Source of the DNA: SAR202 cluster bacterium bin16
Lineage (GTDB): Bacteria; Chloroflexota; Dehalococcoidia; Lucifugimonadales; Australimonadaceae
Assembly: GCA_002238425.1 (NCBI GenBank)
Contig: MPMJ01000004.1
Location: 37,454 to 101,453 of the forward strand
Length of the DNA: 64,000 nt
Direction of reading: 5' to 3'
The number at the start of each line of letters is the position of its first letter. The first letter of the stretch is position 1. The notes under the pieces were generated by a model. It did not search any database. It saw nothing but the letters and a program-made list of their open reading frames with translations, and was not told the origin of the DNA. Positions 59,785 to 64,000 of the stretch are shown here, one piece after another. The position numbers and the translations under genes were made by a program.

Positions 59785-60441
59785 ATGGCGGTTGACACGT
59801 GGGTTGAACGGTTGCGCGAGTTGGACACCTGCGCCGTCTCGGACGCGCAGGACAAGCTCGGCATCAAGGGCACCGTCCTCGGCATCCTGCCGTTGTACGA
59901 GACGGGACGGATCGCCGGACGCGCGGTAACGTTCAAGCTGAAGACGAAGGGCAACGAGACAACGACGCGCCACCTCGGCACAGCCGCCGTTGAAGCCTCG
60001 GACCCGGGCGACATCATCGTCTGCGACCACCGGGGCAGGACGGACGTGGCGGGCTGGGGCGGCATCCTCTCGACCGCAGCCAAGACGCGCGGCGTCGCGG
60101 GCGTCATCATCGACGGCGCATCACGCGACGTCGACGAGGCGAAGGGTCTCGGTCTGCCGCTCTTCGCGAAGGCGGCGGTGCCGCTCACGGCGCGGAACCG
60201 CGTCGTCGAGGAGTCCACGAACGAGCCCATCGAGATAGGCGGCGTAAGCCTCGCGCCCGGCGACTACGTCATCGCCGACAACAGCGGCATCGTCGTTGTG
60301 CCGCAGGACCGGGTTGCCGAGGTCGTGCCGGAGGCGGAGAGCATCGTCGCTCGTGAGCAGGCGATGGCGCGCGATGTGATGGACGGCAAGTCGGTCGTGG
60401 AAGTGATGGGGATCAACTACGAGCAGATGCTCGCACGCTAG
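59785..60441 (+). CDS. RraA-family protein (4-hydroxy-4-methyl-2-oxoglutarate aldolase / oxaloacetate decarboxylase type)
   Basis: In-frame ATG at 59785. LDTCAVSDAQDKLG..., GWGGILSTAAKTRGVAGVIIDGASRD and GDYVIADNSGIVVVP are RraA/HMG-aldolase motifs. Confidence 0.85.
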   Translation: MAVDTWVERLRELDTCAVSDAQDKLGIKGTVLGILPLYETGRIAGRAVTFKLKTKGNETTTRHLGTAAVEASDPGDIIVCDHRGRTDVAGWGGILSTAAKTRGVAGVIIDGASRDVDEAKGLGLPLFAKAAVPLTARNRVVEESTNEPIEIGGVSLAPGDYVIADNSGIVVVPQDRVAEVVPEAESIVAREQAMARDVMDGKSVVEVMGINYEQMLAR

Positions 60442-60450
60442 CATATCTTC

Positions 60451-60476
60451 CGGTCATTCCCGCGAAAGCGGGATCC
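60451..60476. repeat. Family D hairpin repeat
   Basis: cggtcattcccgc-gaaa-gcgggatcc, the reverse complement of the element at the head of the mutS insertion. Confidence 0.75.
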
Positions 60477-60500
60477 AGAACGATCGTCAGGAGGAGAACA

Positions 60501-61148
60501 ATGACGCAGACACTCACTCGCCCGGATGCCGCACTGATCGAGGCGGTACGAGGCATCGGGACCGCGACGTTGCACGAGGCCGGAGGCCAGATCGGCGCGC
60601 TGCCGTCCTACATCAAACCGGTCGTGGCGAACTGGTACATATGCGGCCCGGCGATGACCGTGCTTTCGCCGCCGAAGGACAACCTGTGGCTGCACCGCGG
60701 CATCTACCACGCGCAGCCCGGTGACGTGATGGTGGTGGACACCGGACACTTCCACGAGGCCGGGTACTGGGGCGAGATCATGACGCACGCCGCGAAGCAG
60801 GTCGGCATGGCCGGTCTCGTGATAGACGGCTGCGTGCGCGACGGCTCCCTCCTGGACGAGTTGTACGAGAGCGGGGAGGGCATACCCGTCTTCTCCGCCG
60901 GGCTCTGCATCAGGGGCACGGGCAAGGACAAGGAAGCCTACGGCGCCATCAACATCCCCGTCCGCATCGGCGAGATATGGGTTTTCCCCGGCGACCTCGT
61001 TGTTGGCGACCGGGACGGCGTCGTTGTCGTGCCGCAGGCGCGCATAGCTGAGGTAACGGAAAAGGCCAAGGCTCGCGAAGAGAAGGAAGCGAACACCATC
61101 TCCCGCCTCAAGCAGGGCGAGCGCACGGTGGACATGTACGGCTTCTAG
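60501..61148 (+). CDS. RraA-family protein, second paralogue
   Basis: GTATLHEAGGQIGAL, YWGEIMTHAAKQVGMAGLVIDGCVRD and GDLVVGDRDGVVVVP. Confidence 0.85.
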   Translation: MTQTLTRPDAALIEAVRGIGTATLHEAGGQIGALPSYIKPVVANWYICGPAMTVLSPPKDNLWLHRGIYHAQPGDVMVVDTGHFHEAGYWGEIMTHAAKQVGMAGLVIDGCVRDGSLLDELYESGEGIPVFSAGLCIRGTGKDKEAYGAINIPVRIGEIWVFPGDLVVGDRDGVVVVPQARIAEVTEKAKAREEKEANTISRLKQGERTVDMYGF

Positions 61149-61177
61149 GCCCGGTTACGCTGAGGGATATCGAAGGG

Positions 61178-61211
61178 AGAGGCGGCGCGCATGTGCCGCC
61201 TCTCTTTTTTT
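61178..61211 (+). terminator. Rho-independent terminator
   Basis: Stem agaggcggc/gccgcctct with an 8-nt loop, followed by c-ttttttt. It lies 30 nt after the RraA-2 stop. Confidence 0.8.
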
Positions 61212-61294
61212 CCTGCCGCCCGTAGCAGAAACACGTTTCAAAAGGGCAGCGCCAGATGATACAACGTGGTGACTCTTGGGGAGGGGAGGTACGC

Positions 61295-61372
61295 ATGGAC
61301 AAGAAGAAGATCATCATCGGGATCATCGCGATAGCGATCGTCCTGACCATCATCATCAACGTAGCGGGATAG
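61295..61372 (+). CDS. Possible 25-aa single-TM mini-protein
   Basis: MDKKKIIIGIIAIAIVLTIIINVAG, with ggggaggt immediately upstream and unusually A/T-rich codons. Speculative. Confidence 0.3.
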   Translation: MDKKKIIIGIIAIAIVLTIIINVAG

Positions 61373-61375
61373 TGC

Positions 61376-61912
61376 TCAGCCTGGCGGCGGCAGCGTCACC
61401 GTCGCGTCGCCGAGGAAGAGCGGTTCGCCGCGCAGAACGCGCATGAACAGTTCGTGCGTGAGATCGAGGTCGACGCGGTTGTAGTCGACGAGGCGCTGAG
61501 GGTATTCGGCCCATGCGCGCGCGTTCTGCCGGTGGTCCCACGTCACCTTCTCTTCTCCGAACGTGTAGGCGCAGAGCCGGTCCAGGCTGATGCGCCGCCC
61601 CGCCGCCTGCACGATTGCGATCATCAGGTCGTAGTGCTGTTGCACGGCGAGGCCGAGCCCCAACGCGTCACGCATCCAGCGGTCGAGGATGGGGATGTCG
61701 AAGCGTGCGCCGTTGAACGTGACGACAGGGCCATCGAAGTTGACCACGAGGCTGTGCAGTTGGGCGAGGCTCGCAGGTTCGGCGGTGTACATCCCGTAGA
61801 GCGTGCCCTGCCGCGTGCCGGTCAGGAGCAGCCGGAACCCCTCCGGGAAGTTCTGCATCGACCCGCCCGACGTTTCGACATCCAGTACGAGGAAGTCTCC
61901 GGCATCCATCAC
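61376..61912 (-). CDS. DEDD-type 3'-5' exonuclease (RNase H-like fold) protein
   Basis: Exo motif candidates: FLVLDVETSG (exo I), TFNGARFDIPIL (exo II) and YNRVDLDLTHELF (exo III). Confidence 0.7.
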   Translation of the reverse strand: MMDAGDFLVLDVETSGGSMQNFPEGFRLLLTGTRQGTLYGMYTAEPASLAQLHSLVVNFDGPVVTFNGARFDIPILDRWMRDALGLGLAVQQHYDLMIAIVQAAGRRISLDRLCAYTFGEEKVTWDHRQNARAWAEYPQRLVDYNRVDLDLTHELFMRVLRGEPLFLGDATVTLPPPG

Positions 61913-61982
61913 GACTCGTCAGGATAGCGCAGGGGAGGGTGCATTGTTCTCTCCCTCAGGGAGAGTTCAGGCTGAGGGTGGG

Positions 61983-63398
61983 CTACCGGGGCCTGCTCTG
62001 CTGCAGGGGGTCGTCTTCAGGACGAGTCTCATCCTCGGCTGGCCTGTCCTGAACCTCGGGCGCAGGTTCTTCGGCCTCGGCTGCGGGGACATGGTCAGGA
62101 GCAGGCGCTTGCTCTGGCTCCTCTTCCTGCTCGGGAGGAAGGTACGGCTCCAGGGGTTCCTCGGGAGCGAACTCCTCGTTTGCGGCCTGGGTGGCCTCCA
62201 GCTCGGCGAGCGCTTCCGCCGCCGCCATCGCTTCCAGTGCAGCCAGCGCCTCTTCTTCCGCTATCGCCCTCGATTCGGCTTCCCTCGTGGACGCTTCCCT
62301 GTTCTCCAGGATGCGACGTTGCTCCTCCGCCTCCCGCCGCGTTCGGATGACCATTCCGTAGTGCACGGCGAGCGTGTAGATGACGCCCATGGTCGGCACG
62401 CCGAGGAGCGCTCCCGTGATCCCGGCGAGCCGCGCACCGAGCACCACCGCGACGACGACGAGCATGGCGGGCATCCGCACAGCGCTCCCCAGGATGCGGG
62501 GGCTGAGGATGTTGAGCATGACCTGCTGGATGAACAGCAGCACCAGCAGCACCGTAATCAGGTCCGTGAAGTCTCCCCAGACGGCGGCGATGATGAGCGG
62601 CAGCGCGAGCGCGAGCCAGTCCCCGATGAACGGGACCGCAAGCAGCAGGCTGGAGACGAGTGCTGTGGGAAGCGCGGCGGGCAGGCCGGTATACAGCATG
62701 ACCGAGGCCGTGCCGACACCGTAGATGAGGGAGATGAGCATCATGCCGCGAAGGTAGCTGCGGAACGTCTCGTCGATGACTCCCAGTACGTACCGGGTCT
62801 CGCGCTCGGCGTTACGGGGCAGGACCTTGAGCGCCTCGTTGAGGCGGCGTCCGCCGTCCAGCACGACGTAGAAGGAGATGACGATGATCAGCGAGATGGC
62901 GAAGACAACGGCGACGACGTTCCTCAGGAGCCCGATGGCGTTGCTCGTGATGCTCTCTTGGACGTTTGCGGCGATGCTGTCCAACTGATCGACCTGGAGC
63001 AGTGTCGTGAGGTCAATCTGTATCTGGAACCTCGCGAGATAATTCTCGGCAGCCGTGATGAACTCGGGGATGCGGTCCACCAGGTCCGGTATTTCCTCTG
63101 CCAGGGTGATGGTCTGCGTGATGGTGGCAGGAATCACCAGCGCGCCGAGGACCGCCACGATGGAGATGAGGAAGAGATAGACGATAAGGATGGCCAGGGG
63201 CCACTTCATGCCCGGTACGCGCATGAGTGGCCTGACGGTGTGGATGATGAGCGACCCGACGAGGTAGGCCAGGAAGAGGACGAGGATCAGGTCGCCGAGG
63301 AAGTCCCAGACCCGCCGCATGGTGTCGACGACGAAGATGATCGCGCTGAACGCGATGACGACGATAGCGGTCCTGAACCAGAAGTTGCGCTCTAGCAT
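61983..63398 (-). CDS. AI-2E / PerM (UPF0118) family transporter with Glu/Ala-rich C-terminal tail
   Basis: About 8 hydrophobic helices with a typical UPF0118 core (..FIGDWLALALPLIIAAV.., ..LNILSPRILGSAVRMP..). The last 110 aa or so are an acidic low-complexity region. Confidence 0.85.
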   Translation of the reverse strand: MLERNFWFRTAIVVIAFSAIIFVVDTMRRVWDFLGDLILVLFLAYLVGSLIIHTVRPLMRVPGMKWPLAILIVYLFLISIVAVLGALVIPATITQTITLAEEIPDLVDRIPEFITAAENYLARFQIQIDLTTLLQVDQLDSIAANVQESITSNAIGLLRNVVAVVFAISLIIVISFYVVLDGGRRLNEALKVLPRNAERETRYVLGVIDETFRSYLRGMMLISLIYGVGTASVMLYTGLPAALPTALVSSLLLAVPFIGDWLALALPLIIAAVWGDFTDLITVLLVLLFIQQVMLNILSPRILGSAVRMPAMLVVVAVVLGARLAGITGALLGVPTMGVIYTLAVHYGMVIRTRREAEEQRRILENREASTREAESRAIAEEEALAALEAMAAAEALAELEATQAANEEFAPEEPLEPYLPPEQEEEPEQAPAPDHVPAAEAEEPAPEVQDRPAEDETRPEDDPLQQSRPR

Positions 63399-63478
63399 CT
63401 CAGCCCGGCGGCATTCTAACTGTTCCGGGGCGTTGGTGAAACGCAGGGACCCTTAATGCGGATTAAGCCGAGGGCCTG

Positions 63479-64000
63479 TCAGGGAGTGCCGGCGAGTTGC
63501 AGTGCGAGTGTTGCCGGGTCGTGGGCGGGCAGATCGCAGACGTAGCCGTGGCAGACGTAAGCGGTGGGCGCAGCCGCGCCGGCGCGTCCCTCAAGCAGCG
63601 GCGTGAGGAACGGCGACACCTCGCCCGGGGCCAGCCCCACGAATGCGAATGATGGCAGCCGCTCCCGCAGCGGCGCCAACAGCGAGCGAGCGCCCTCGCC
63701 GGACGGGTCTCCGGTGACGACGACCTCCGTAGGCGGCGCGAGGTAACGGTCGATGATCCGCAGCCAGTTCCCGAACCCCAGTGGATAGCGCGCCGCGAGC
63801 GGTGCGACGCCCCGGATGAGGCGCTCCGCCTTCTGTGCGAGCGACTCGTCGCCCGTAAGTACGGCCATGCGCAGCAGCGCCTCGGCGGCTGCCGAGCTGC
63901 CGCACGGCGTGGCGTTGTCCGTGATGTCGCGCGGGCGCACGATCAGCTCCTCGTGGTCGGAGCCCACGTCGTAGAACACGCCTTCGTCGTCGTCCCAGAA
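63479..64000 (-). CDS. YyaL/SSP411-like thioredoxin-domain protein, C-terminal part (5' end outside window)
   Basis: The frame is open to the window edge. ..DNATPCGSSAAAEALLRMAVLTGD... and ..AYVCHGYVCDLP match the six-hairpin glycosidase-like C-terminus of the DUF255/YyaL family. Confidence 0.7.
   Translation of the reverse strand, partial: FWDDDEGVFYDVGSDHEELIVRPRDITDNATPCGSSAAAEALLRMAVLTGDESLAQKAERLIRGVAPLAARYPLGFGNWLRIIDRYLAPPTEVVVTGDPSGEGARSLLAPLRERLPSFAFVGLAPGEVSPFLTPLLEGRAGAAAPTAYVCHGYVCDLPAHDPATLALQLAGTP

Overview
High-GC (about 65% by eye), gene-dense chromosomal segment with roughly 63 protein genes on both strands, one tRNA-Lys(UUU), and no rRNA, CRISPR array, transposase or integrase. 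The gene content (many family-III CoA-transferases, amidohydrolase-2 proteins, REP-like hairpin repeats) suggests a Chloroflexota-like genome, but I cannot verify that from sequence alone.

Gene content, in order:
- split B12-dependent acyl-CoA mutase plus a PaaK-like CoA ligase (1-3257)
- small TA/defence islet: retropepsin pair, hicBA, HsdR_N-type nuclease
- serine biosynthesis: class-V aminotransferase and serA
- second hicBA pair
- NuoE/NuoF/NuoG-like flavoprotein module plus an FNR-type reductase
- mutS
- amidohydrolase, Gfo/Idh/MocA oxidoreductase, SbcD-like nuclease
- DUF433/PIN-like TA pair
- glyQS
- two MFS transporters
- metal locus: His/Cys-rich mini-protein plus a CDF exporter with a 7 x 45-bp His-rich repeat
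- SIMPL lipoprotein, lepB, tRNA-Lys
- 8-kb acyl-CoA catabolic cluster: CaiB-type transferases, crotonase, hydrolase, DUF35, thiolase-like protein
- hopanoid cluster: hpnH, hpnG, shc
- two-component locus with a fused kinase/receiver/wHTH protein and a repeat-rich lipoprotein
- aromatic lower-pathway genes: PhtD-like, RidA, 2 x RraA/HMG-aldolase-like

Most notable observations:
1. Two genes are split by in-frame TGA codons exactly at known redox or active-site positions: a deiodinase-like thioredoxin-fold protein (FGSVT-U-PPC) and a two-domain rhodanese (VY-U-QGGVRAS). Both TGAs are followed, after an identical 11-nt spacer, by a 6-bp hairpin with a GUC loop. This makes them strong candidates for selenoproteins with bacterial SECIS elements.
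2. Four families of dispersed hairpin repeats occur. One is inserted in frame inside mutS, and two supply the stop codons of upstream genes.
3. A G-run tract of about 43 nt frameshifts the NuoF-like gene. This is either real inactivation or an assembly artefact.
4. The metal locus and the lipoprotein/two-component locus both have unusual repeat architectures.

The many long ORFs antisense to real genes are high-GC shadow ORFs and were ignored.
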